Positions 7,425-16,424 of a DNA stretch of 22,263 nucleotides are shown one piece after another. Made by a program: the position numbers and the translations under genes. Positions within the stretch are counted from its first letter, which is position 1, and every line of letters starts with the position of its first letter. The stretch comes from Armatimonadota bacterium (GTDB taxonomy: Bacteria; Armatimonadota; Zipacnadia; Zipacnadales; UBA5352): the NCBI GenBank assembly GCA_034722055.1, contig JAYENL010000163.1, forward strand, positions 11,511-33,773, written 5' to 3'. The notes below the pieces were generated by a model. It did not search any database and was not told the origin of the DNA. It was given only the letters and a program-made list of their open reading frames with translations.

Positions 7425-8133
7425 ATGCCCCACAGAAACCGAACGCTGGTGATGGTGGTCTCGCTGATGTGGGTCCTGGCCATCGCGGCCGCCCTGGTGA
7501 GTGCCGCGCTCCGCGCCGGCCCCGGCGCGCACGACAATGATCGCGAGCACTGCGCGGTTACCGCGCGGAGCCCCCGGGCGGGAGGAGCCCGCCGACTACG
7601 AGCTGGCCGTGCGTGTGCAGCGCCCGGATCAGAAGGACGCAAGACTCTGCTTTCCCTTGCAGATCCAGCAGGCCCCCGAGGGTCAGCAGTACGGCATGGG
7701 CCCGGGCGGTCGGATGGGGCCGCGGTACCGCGGAGGGATGGGCCCCGGCATGATGGGCCCGCGCGGCGGCATGCGCGGCGGGCAGTGGATGAGGGGTCCC
7801 ATGAGCCAGATGATGGAGCGCGGCATCCCGCAGGGAGAAGTCATGGTGGCCTACCGGCCGTCGCCGCTGACGCTGGGGCAGGCCATGTTCAGCTTCTTCG
7901 TCAGTGACCTCTCCGGACTGCGAGACCCAACCGCCACGCTCACGGCCTTCCTCTACCCGGAGGGCGATCCTGACGCCGGCCGCTCACTGCAGATTGCGCC
8001 CATGGGCGGGGGCCATGCCATGGGAACCACGACCGTGCCCTTCGCCGGCAGCTACGAGCTGGCGGTGGGGGTGAAGCGGCCGAATGTGCACGACGCGCTG
8101 GCCTACTTCCCGCTCCAGGTCCACGAGCAGTAG
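7425..8133 (+). pseudogene. Membrane-anchored/secreted protein with duplicated YtkA/FixH-like domains and Met/Gly-rich linker; frameshifted and probably internally deleted
   Basis: SD GGGAGG, ATG 7425 and a hydrophobic N-terminus in one frame; repeats ADYELAVRVQRPDQKDARLCFPLQI and GSYELAVGVKRPNVHDALAYFPLQV in another frame; first repeat has only its C-terminal part. Confidence 0.55.
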
Positions 8134-8174
8134 GTGCTGGGAGGCAGGAGCTCAGGCTGAGGACGTACGCTTCA

Positions 8175-8201
8175 GGGGCCGCAGTGCGAGACTGCGGCCC
8201 C
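8175..8201. terminator. Hairpin between convergent genes, probable bidirectional terminator
   Basis: Perfect 11-bp stem GGGGCCGCAGT/ACTGCGGCCCC with 5-nt loop; no clear U-tract. Confidence 0.6.
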
Positions 8202-8227
8202 CGATGTGGTCACCGGCTCTCTATGCG

Positions 8228-8515
8228 TTACTCCACGGTGTCAGGGGACTCCGGCTGCTGGCTCCAGCACCAGCCGGGCTGGTGGCTCCCTTCGCTCTGC
8301 CAGTGGTGCCCTCCGCGGAAGTTATGGTGGGGACCGTGACCGAAGCGGTGCATGCCATGGTGCCCATGCGTCATCCCGTGCTGAGCAGGGGCGTCAGTCG
8401 CGCACCAGCCCCAACCCGTGCCGGGGCTCATGGGGTTGGCTGACGTCTGGGCATACGCCATAACTCCAAGCCCCAGCAGCGCGACGATGGCTACACCAAT
8501 CAGAAGCTTCTTCAC
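8228..8515 (-). CDS. Small secreted His-rich protein
   Basis: SD AGGAGG 8 nt before GTG 8515; signal peptide ending AYA; HGMTHGHHGMHRFGHGPHH...GGHH segment. Confidence 0.75.
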   Translation of the reverse strand: MKKLLIGVAIVALLGLGVMAYAQTSANPMSPGTGWGWCATDAPAQHGMTHGHHGMHRFGHGPHHNFRGGHHWQSEGSHQPGWCWSQQPESPDTVE

Positions 8516-8905
8516 TCTCGCCACCTCCTGGCCCTCGTCTGCTTACTCATCTTTTGAGACGAGCCCCAGGACGTGGTGTTCAGCGCATTTCAATATAAGT
8601 TGGCAGTGATGGCAGGTCGCCGGTGCCACGCATTGCCTCTTTCGTGTGCGGGAGCCCACCACCGGCGCATCGTCAACGGACACGATGTGCGGTCGCAGCG
8701 CACCGGCTCGCTTCCTGAACAGAAGGATGGCGCGACACGTCCACTTACAAGGAACCTAATAGTGGAAGTTCGTCTCAGGGCGGACGGGGCGGCCGGCCGG
8801 TGCATCCGGCCCTCCTTTCATGTCGGATCTTCATCCCAGCCATGGTCCTGAGGTCCGGGCGTGATCAGCTCCATCCGCGTAAGGCCGTCTGAAAGGGATT
8901 GTGCC

Positions 8906-9353
8906 ATGAAGGTGTCGAACGTGGCGTCAAAGGTACTGTTACGGTGGCGGATCTGGTTGCCGGTCGTTGGCTGGGTGGTGGCGGCGGTCGCAGCTACCCA
9001 GGCGCTCCTGCACAGTGCCTTCATGGACGTCCCCATGCCCGCGTACCACTTGGCGTCAGGTCTCATTCAAGCCCTCCTGATTCTTGTCCCTGCTGCGCTT
9101 TACGTGTTCTGGCGTCATGCCGCTCAGCGCGAGCACATGGCTAGCGAGGAACTGCGTCAATCCGAGCAGTTGCGCGAGGACCTGACTGCCATGCTGGTGC
9201 ACGATCTCAAGAACCCGGTCATCACCGCCGCCATGGCCCTGGACGTTCTCCTTGAGGAGACCGAGGGACGGGAGTGCCTGCCTCCTCCCGAGCGCGAGAT
9301 GATGGTCAGTGCCCGGCGTAACCTCCGTCGCCTGGAGGGCATGATTGGCGACG
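8906..9353 (+). pseudogene. Sensor histidine kinase, N-terminal half only (2 TM + HisKA); HATPase domain missing
   Basis: Two hydrophobic segments; H-box AMLVHDLKNP; X-region RRLEGMIGD, then an abrupt switch to P-type ATPase sequence. Confidence 0.8.
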
Positions 9354-10427
9354 ATCGCCTGCCCTTGCGCACTCGGTCTGGCCACGCCCACCGCCGTGAT
9401 GGTCGGAACGGGGATCGGGGCCGAGCACGGCGTGCTGATCCGGCAGGCCGCGGCGCTGGAGGCCGTGGGCCGGCTCGATGCTGTCGTGTTCGATAAGACC
9501 GGGACGCTCACGCAGGGAGAGCCCAAGGTAACCGATGTCGTCTCCGTCAATCACCTGTCTGAGGAGAAGCTGTTGCGCCTGGCTGCGGCGGCGGAGATGC
9601 CGTCGGAGCACCCGCTTGGCCGCGCGATCGTGGACGACGCGCGCGAGCGGGAGATCGAGATTCCAGAGGCCGCCGAGTTCTCTGCCATCGTCGGCAGGGG
9701 CGTCGAGGCCACCGTGGACGGACGACGAGTGCTGATCGGCAGCGGGCGCCTGATGTCCGAACGCGAGGTGGACACGTCAGGCGCTGAGGAGCCTCTGCGA
9801 AAGCTTGAGGAGCGCGGGCGCACGGCGCTGGCGGTCGCCGTGGACGGCCAGGTCGCGGGCGTCATCGCACTCGCGGACGTGGCAAAGGCCACGGCGCGCG
9901 AGGCCGTGCAGCGGCTGGAAGATCTGCGCCTGGACGTCTATTTGCTGACTGGGGACAATCGCCGGACTGCCCGCGCGGTCGCGGCGGAGCTGGGCATTGA
10001 CGAGGTGCTCGCGGAGGTTCTGCCGGAGCAGAAGAGCGGCGAGATCAGCCGTCTGCAGGCACAGGGACGTCGCGTGGCCATGGTCGGTGACGGCATCAAT
10101 GACGCTCCCGCGCTGGCACAGGCGGATGTCGGCATCGCCATCGGCACGGACGTGGCGATGGAGGCGGGCGAGATCACGCTCGTCAGCGGCGATCCGGCAG
10201 GCGTGGCGCGCGCCATCATCCTCAGCCGCCGGACGCTCGCGCACATCAAGCAGAACCTGTTCTTCTCGTTCTTCTACAACGCCGCCGCGATCCCACTGGC
10301 GGTGGCAGGCCTGCTCAACCCGATGATCGCAGCCGCCGCCATGGCGGCCAGCAGCGTCTCGGTGGTCAGCAACTCCCTGCGCCTGCGCTGGTACGCGCCG
10401 CGGATGCTCGACCGCACTGGCAGTTGA
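9354..10427 (+). pseudogene. copA: Cu(I)-translocating P1B-1 ATPase, C-terminal half only
   Basis: [25 protein letters not shown] and GDGINDAP motifs; TM7 YN and TM8 MAASS Cu(I) signatures; N-terminal metal-binding, TM1-5 and actuator domains are absent. Confidence 0.9.
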
Positions 10428-10687
10428 AGGCGAGCCGCGCCCCCGGCCGGACCGCGGTCTGCGTGGCGCGTCTCTGCAGGTGTGGCGTCAAAGGTGGGGA
10501 ATTGCGGAAATGTATTGAGGTTTGGGTTCTGCGTAGATGATCAGGTCAGCATGCCTCTGGTACCTCACGGGGGATTGCCGCCTGCCAGGAGGGGCCTGGC
10601 TCAGCGCCGAGCAAGGTGTGATGCGAACAGAAAAGGTAGTCCGGGGCCGTATGGAGAGGCAGAGCGCGATGTGGTGGAGGTGCAACC

Positions 10688-11176
10688 ATGCGGAGGGGCG
10701 ATGTTGATCCGGTCGATGAGTATCTGCCAAGAGGAGAGGTCCGGGGCTGCGTCTTGGTCGTCTCGGACTACCGATTGCTCAACCTCGGACACGCCGCCGC
10801 TGTGCGCAAGGCGGGGTACGCCGTCTACACTGCGGTGACCTGTACTGATGTGCCTCGGGTATTCGAGACATTTGCTGTGGGGCACATCGATCTGACCGTG
10901 TTCGCCTCCCTGGTCCATGGCTGGCATCATCAGGAGGCGGAGGACCGGCCGCAGAGCATGCCCCGCAAGACCGACGATAGGTGGCAGACCAGGAACATTG
11001 TGCAGGAGGTTGACACGGTCAGCGCCAGGCAGCAGACTCCACCCAAGGTTCTCGTGGCGACCGACCTGATCACCCAAAGCTGCTATGACATCAGTGCAGA
11101 CGCGCTGGCAGCGGCCGGCATCGAGTACCAGACCTATTCAGCCAGTGACCCTACTGCCATAGTGGACTTTCTGTAG
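10688..11176 (+). CDS. Hypothetical protein, receiver-domain-like pattern (atypical)
   Basis: SD GGAGG before ATG; VLVVSD...AVRKAGYAVYTA...IDLTVF resembles CheY-like beta1-alpha1-beta2-alpha2-beta3. Confidence 0.55.
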   Translation: MRRGDVDPVDEYLPRGEVRGCVLVVSDYRLLNLGHAAAVRKAGYAVYTAVTCTDVPRVFETFAVGHIDLTVFASLVHGWHHQEAEDRPQSMPRKTDDRWQTRNIVQEVDTVSARQQTPPKVLVATDLITQSCYDISADALAAAGIEYQTYSASDPTAIVDFL

Positions 11177-11236
11177 CACTCAACCACGGTGGAGGACAAT
11201 CGGCCGATGCGCAGCGCGACTGAGGGAGGGCTCCCG

Positions 11237-14167
11237 ATGCGAACGCTTCTGATCGCGACCGTAATCGCCACCACTGCCACATGCGCTCTCGCTGCCGAGC
11301 ACGAGATCGCGGTGGTCAGCGGGCAGGCGGGTTACGACGACATCACCGAACGCTTCCTGCAGAAGAGTGGCATCAGCTACGACATGCTCGGCCCCGACGA
11401 GGTCGTTGCCGACCGCATCGCCGCCTACCGCCTGCTGATCTTCCCCTACAACCCGATCATGGCCCGCGAGCACCGGCTCGCACCCGTCGCTGAGTGGGTG
11501 CGGGAGGGCGGGAAGCTCATATACATGTCGGGCATCCCCTCCGAGCTGCAGGAGCTGCTGGGCATCGAGCAGTGGGAGTCGCGCACGCCCGACGACCCCG
11601 GCGAGTTCTCCACGATGGTCTTCACCGATGACCGCCCTCCCGGCTTCCCGGCTGAGGTCTTCCAGGAGTCGCCCAACGCGCGGCTGGTCTCAGCCACGAA
11701 CCAGCGCGGGCGGATCATCGCCAACTGGCACGACCGCAGCGGCGAGGACATCGGCTACGGGGCGGTCGTCACCACTGAGGACACCGTGTGGACCTCGCAC
11801 GTCTTCTGGCATGGCGCCGACGTGGAGCAGCAGCGCCACCTGCTCGTGGCCTCCATCTGCTACCTGCTGCCCGACCGAGCGCGGCCGGTCGTGGAGGGCG
11901 TTCTGGCGGCGGCGCTCGCGGATACAGGCTACGAGGACCTCGACGCCCTCGTGGCTGCCGCCGAGGGCAATCCGGTCGGGCGGGAGCTCGCCGCCGAGGC
12001 GACGGAGGTCGCCGATGAGGCGGCCCGCCTGCTGGAGAGCGACACGCCGATTGCGGCGCTCGAGCCAGCCTGGAAGCTGGCGGACGTGGCGCAGGGCGCC
12101 GCCGCGGCGCTCTATCCCTCGCGGCCCTACGAGCTGCGCGGGGCGTGGATGCACCCGGACGACGCCTTCGACTACGAGGCGGTGGCCCAGGAGATGGCGG
12201 CCGCGAACTTCAACGCCATGTTCCCCATCGTCTGCGGCCCCAACTACGCCAAGTATCCCAGCGACTACGTGCCCCAGTACACCGAGCGCGATCACGTCGC
12301 CGAGTGCATCGAGGCCGCGCACGCCCGCGGGATCGAGGTGCACACCTGGAAGGCCAACTGGCAGACCTCTCCCTCGCGCAACCCCGAGCTCGTGCAGCAG
12401 TACATCGACGAGGGCCGCATGGTACTCAGCCTCGAGCAGGCGAAGGGCGAGGAGGAGCGCAGCAGCTACGGGTGGAGCCAGAAGTGGCTCGACCCCTCCG
12501 ACGAGCGCAACCGCCAACTTGAGTTCGACATGATGATGGAGCTGGTGGAGAACTACGACGTGGACGGCATTCACTTTGACTTCATGCGCTACCCCGGCGC
12601 GAATTACTGCTACTGCGACCGCTGCCGGCGTAAGTTCGAGCAATGGGCGGGAGTCACCGTCGAGAACTGGCCCGATGACTGCGCCGGAGACGGCCCGCTC
12701 GCCGATCGCTACTTCGACTGGCGCCGCCATCTTCAGACGAGCCTCGTGGAGCGCATCGCCGAGGGTGCCCGCCAGCGCGATCCGGACATCAAGCTCTCGC
12801 TGGCCGCCCGCGCCAGCATGACCGGCTCGTATCGCAATGACGCACAGGACTGGGTCACGTGGGCGCACCAGCACTACCTGGACCTGCTCTGTCCCATGGA
12901 CTACACCGCCAGTGTGCAGGTGCTGCGAGAGAAGGTCCAGCCGCAGGTGGAGGCAATCGACGGGGCCATCCCTGTCTACGCGGGCATCGGCGTCAGCAGC
13001 GGCCGCTCGGACTCGCCGGTGAATCTCTCCCGGCAGATCTGCGCCGCCCGCGAGCTTGGCGCCGACGGCTTCCTGATCTTCGCGCTGAGTCCCTTCGCGC
13101 GAAGTATGCTCCCGACCATCGCCCGCGGCGTCACCGCCGAGGCGGTCACCGTCATGCCCCACCATAGCCAGGCCGCGAGCGCGGAGTTCGATCTCCCGGA
13201 GACGCCGGGCGGCATCCCGCCCCGCACCTATGCGCCTGGCGATGAGCTTCCGGTGACGATCTACCTGCGCGCAGCGCAACCCGATATCGAGCGTATGACC
13301 GTGCGGGCGCTGACCATGCCGGCGACCGGCGGGGAGTCCGTCCCGCTGACGGATCGGGAGACGGTCACGCTCGCGCAGCATCGCCTGACGGTCGCCATCC
13401 CCGCCACGGTCGGCGCGCATAGCGTGATCGTGGAGGGCACGGTCGCCTTCCCAGGCGGTCGCGAGGAGGCGTTCTACCTGCGGAGCCTGCCCCTGCGCGT
13501 GGTCTCAAGCGCGGAGTACGGCGACCTGCTCGCTCTCACCGGGCCGCCCGCATTCGCGACTGAGGCCGTGCACGCCGGCGTGTTCGTGGACTGTTACGGG
13601 AGCGCGGGCATCCTCGAGGCCCTCCGGGCGACGGACGGGGTGGAGGCGATGCCGCTGGCGGAGCTGTCCCAGGACTACCTCGCCCCCTGCGACGTGGTGG
13701 TACTGCCCCAGCCCAGCGAGGCCCCCGATCGCGTGGACGCCGACGCAATCGCCGCTCTGGGGGAGTTCGTCTCAGCCGGCGGCGGCCTGATGGCCATGCG
13801 GGACGTCATCGGCGCATGGATCTACGACCCGATCCTCCCCGACGCGGTGAAGGCCGACGGCACTGTCGTCGAGGGCCGGGCGGTGCGCGTCGCGACGGAG
13901 CATCCGGCGACCGAGGGGCTGACGGTTGGCGAGACGCTCACCCACGCACACGATGATCACCTGCTGCTCGCCCCGGGCGAGGGGGCGACCGTCCTGATGA
14001 CGGACTCGGACGGGAGGCCGGTCGTTGCCGCTGCGCAGGTCGAGCAGGGCCGCTACGTCGCCTGCGGCTTCGCCATCGGCCGGACCGCCACCCTCCCCGA
14101 CGCCCCACCCACCGGCTTCGAGCGCGACCTGCTGGTCAGCGCCGTCAGGTGGCTGGCCGAGAAGTGA
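11237..14167 (+). CDS. Secreted family-10 glycosyl hydrolase-like protein (GHL10/DUF187) flanked by class-I glutamine amidotransferase/ThuA-like domains
   Basis: SD GGGAGG and signal peptide; ELRGAWMH, AHARGIEVHTW, WLDPS, YDVDGIHFDFMRYP, QDWVTW, DLLCPMDY; flanking WVREGGKL and FVSAGGGL...HP motifs. Confidence 0.85.
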   Translation: MRTLLIATVIATTATCALAAEHEIAVVSGQAGYDDITERFLQKSGISYDMLGPDEVVADRIAAYRLLIFPYNPIMAREHRLAPVAEWVREGGKLIYMSGIPSELQELLGIEQWESRTPDDPGEFSTMVFTDDRPPGFPAEVFQESPNARLVSATNQRGRIIANWHDRSGEDIGYGAVVTTEDTVWTSHVFWHGADVEQQRHLLVASICYLLPDRARPVVEGVLAAALADTGYEDLDALVAAAEGNPVGRELAAEATEVADEAARLLESDTPIAALEPAWKLADVAQGAAAALYPSRPYELRGAWMHPDDAFDYEAVAQEMAAANFNAMFPIVCGPNYAKYPSDYVPQYTERDHVAECIEAAHARGIEVHTWKANWQTSPSRNPELVQQYIDEGRMVLSLEQAKGEEERSSYGWSQKWLDPSDERNRQLEFDMMMELVENYDVDGIHFDFMRYPGANYCYCDRCRRKFEQWAGVTVENWPDDCAGDGPLADRYFDWRRHLQTSLVERIAEGARQRDPDIKLSLAARASMTGSYRNDAQDWVTWAHQHYLDLLCPMDYTASVQVLREKVQPQVEAIDGAIPVYAGIGVSSGRSDSPVNLSRQICAARELGADGFLIFALSPFARSMLPTIARGVTAEAVTVMPHHSQAASAEFDLPETPGGIPPRTYAPGDELPVTIYLRAAQPDIERMTVRALTMPATGGESVPLTDRETVTLAQHRLTVAIPATVGAHSVIVEGTVAFPGGREEAFYLRSLPLRVVSSAEYGDLLALTGPPAFATEAVHAGVFVDCYGSAGILEALRATDGVEAMPLAELSQDYLAPCDVVVLPQPSEAPDRVDADAIAALGEFVSAGGGLMAMRDVIGAWIYDPILPDAVKADGTVVEGRAVRVATEHPATEGLTVGETLTHAHDDHLLLAPGEGATVLMTDSDGRPVVAAAQVEQGRYVACGFAIGRTATLPDAPPTGFERDLLVSAVRWLAEK

Positions 14168-14325
14168 CGTTCGCGCCCCCTCCCGCGCCCCCGAATCATC
14201 TCCGTGCCACTCCGCGGAAGCGGGACGGCGTCTCTGGCCGCGTGCTCACGCCCACGGATGCGGGCCGGTGCCGGTACGCGAAGTCGCCACTGGCTGGCCG
14301 CATGCGGTCGGGTCCTGCAGTCCCG

Positions 14326-14567
14326 TCACTCCTCGTGATCTGGGTAGTCGAGGCTGCTCTCGAAGCGCAGCTCCCACAGGTTCCCGTCCGCGACGGGTAG
14401 GTCTCCTCGAACCAGTAGGTGGCTCGGATGCGGTCCGCAGTGCGCTCCCGGGCGAGGCTCCCGGCCTGGTACTCCGCGGCTATCCACGCGCCGACACGAG
14501 GGGAGATTGCAGCGTGGTCCGGCTCCTCGTGGCGGATGCCGGCGAGGATGCGTGCGCGACCTGTCAT
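14326..14567 (-). pseudogene. Remnant N-terminus of a uroporphyrinogen decarboxylase (URO-D/MtaA-like) family gene
   Basis: MTGRARILAGIRHEEPDHAAISPR resembles the family N-terminal pattern MTxRERxLAAxRHEEPDRVP; starts just after the Gfo/Idh/MocA stop and then degenerates. Confidence 0.5.
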
Positions 14568-14598
14568 CTCTGCATGGGCAGGCAGGCACCTCTCAGCG

Positions 14599-15810
14599 TC
14601 AGACAACGGCCTCCAGCGTGTCCTGCCAGGCATGGACGTCGCCGGCCAGAAGCTCGTCTACCCGTACCACGCGCCCCGCTGCGGCGGACTCGAGAACGGA
14701 GGCCACCAGTGCGACCGAGCGCAGACCGGCCCTCCCATCCGCCTCCGGTGGGCGGCCTGTGCGCACGGCCTCGGCGAAGTCGTGCATCTCCGCAGCGATC
14801 AGCTTCCGGTCGGTCTCGGTGCTGGTCAGCGAGTACGAGGAGGGGCGCTCAGACCCGAACAGCCTCGCCTCGATCTCGCTCAGCGCCCAATCCGGCACGG
14901 CCTCAACCAGCTCCTCCGGCGACAGCTCGTCCTCTCCGCGCTGCACGCGGGGCGGCCTCCCGGAGCGCTCGCCGGGCACCGACATCGTGCCGTCCGCACC
15001 CACGATCAGCCTGTGGCTCATCGTCTCGCCGGCGCTGGCGAAGTGCGCTGTCCACTGGCCGTGCGCCCCACTCTCAAACTGCAGCGCCGCCGTGAAGCAG
15101 TCCTCCGAGTCCACCTCGACGTCCACCTGCGTGCCGTCGTACTCGCTGCCCGAGCGCTCCACCTGCACCTGCTGCGCCTCTCCCGCGAGCGAACGGACCG
15201 GTCCCATGAGGCACTCCAGGACGTAGGCTCGATGCACCGCGACGTCGAGCAACACCCCGCCCTGCGCGCGGCGGTGGCGCCACGCCGTGCCGATGATGTG
15301 ATCGCCGCGCGCGACCGAGAGGTCGAGGGCGAAGTTGGGATGGCCGATGACCCCCGATTTCAGCGCGGCCTGCGCCAGGCGCAGCATCGGGTCGCGGCGG
15401 TTGTTCTCTGCGGCGGCCAGCACGCGCCCTGTGCGCTGGGCGGTCTCAATCATGCGCTGTCCGCGCGCCACCGTCAGCGCCAGCGGCTTTTCGCAGATAA
15501 CGTGCAGTCCGGCATCGAGCAGCCTCACGGCGATCTCGTCGTGGGAGCGGGGATCGGTGACCAGGTCCGCGGCGTCGAGGTCGGGCACCTCAGCGAGGGC
15601 CGCCTGCAGGGCGGTGAAGACCGCCGGGCGGTGGCCGAGAAGATCGGCCGCCTCGTCCGCCACAGCCTCGGCGGCCTCCCGCCGCAGATCGCACACTGCA
15701 GCGAGTCGCACCGCGCCTGGGGCCACAGCATCAAGCTCGGCCAGCCCGCGGGCATGACGCGCACCCATCATCCCGCAACCGACGAGCAGCATGCGCAGGG
15801 GACCAGCCAT
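14599..15810 (-). CDS. Gfo/Idh/MocA family oxidoreductase
   Basis: VGCGMMG Rossmann motif, HVICEKPLA, AENNRRDP, GGVLLDVAVH. Confidence 0.93.
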   Translation of the reverse strand: MAGPLRMLLVGCGMMGARHARGLAELDAVAPGAVRLAAVCDLRREAAEAVADEAADLLGHRPAVFTALQAALAEVPDLDAADLVTDPRSHDEIAVRLLDAGLHVICEKPLALTVARGQRMIETAQRTGRVLAAAENNRRDPMLRLAQAALKSGVIGHPNFALDLSVARGDHIIGTAWRHRRAQGGVLLDVAVHRAYVLECLMGPVRSLAGEAQQVQVERSGSEYDGTQVDVEVDSEDCFTAALQFESGAHGQWTAHFASAGETMSHRLIVGADGTMSVPGERSGRPPRVQRGEDELSPEELVEAVPDWALSEIEARLFGSERPSSYSLTSTETDRKLIAAEMHDFAEAVRTGRPPEADGRAGLRSVALVASVLESAAAGRVVRVDELLAGDVHAWQDTLEAVV

Positions 15811-15813
15811 GGC

Positions 15814-16383
15814 CTATCCCCGCCTTGCGTCGCGTGCGGCGTTGAGCAGCTTCATGTACTCGCGCATCCACTCGGTGTTGTCGTGGAAGGTGCGCGCGGT
15901 CACGAGATTCCCGTCCACGACGACCGGCTCATCCACCCAGGTGGCGCCGCAGACCTCGGCGTCATAGCGGCACTTCGCCACACAGGTGACCGTCTTTCCG
16001 TCGATCACGCCGGCCTTCGCCACGATCTCGATGCCATGGCAGACCACACCGATGGGCTTGCCGGTCTCGGCGAAGTGCCGCGTGATTCGCATCAGGTCCT
16101 GGTCATAGCGGATGTACTCCGGCGCTCGGCCGCCGGAGATGACGAGGCCGAGGTACTCCTCCTCATTGATGTCGGCGAACGCGATGTCCGCGGCGAAGTT
16201 GTAGCCCTTGGACTCGATGGTGATATCCCAGTCCGGGTGTACGTCGTGCTGCACAAGGTGGTACATGCGCTTCTCCGGCGCCGCGACCACAACCTCGTAG
16301 CCGTCCTCGGGCACGCGGTAGTAAGGGTAGAGCGTGTCCGTCACCTCAGCAGCATCGCCGATCACCAGCAGGACCTTCTCCAT
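15814..16383 (-). CDS. DJ-1/PfpI family protein
   Basis: SD GGAGG; GDAAE, ISGGRAPEYIR, GVVCHG nucleophile elbow, VVDGNLVTAR. Confidence 0.93.
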   Translation of the reverse strand: MEKVLLVIGDAAEVTDTLYPYYRVPEDGYEVVVAAPEKRMYHLVQHDVHPDWDITIESKGYNFAADIAFADINEEEYLGLVISGGRAPEYIRYDQDLMRITRHFAETGKPIGVVCHGIEIVAKAGVIDGKTVTCVAKCRYDAEVCGATWVDEPVVVDGNLVTARTFHDNTEWMREYMKLLNAARDARRG

Positions 16384-16424
16384 CGTCGGAGCCTCCGGTT
16401 GAGAGTCTGCAGTAGATAGCACGC

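Noticed and set aside
8861..10427. Novel kinase-ATPase fusion protein
   Set aside because: The two parts are in different frames and each lacks essential domains; this is a junction, not a functional fusion
11690..13420. 576-aa minus-strand ORF
   Set aside because: Antisense shadow of the GHL10 gene, typical of high-GC DNA
14419..16419. 666-aa plus-strand ORF
   Set aside because: Antisense shadow of the Gfo/Idh/MocA and DJ-1 genes; no recognisable motifs
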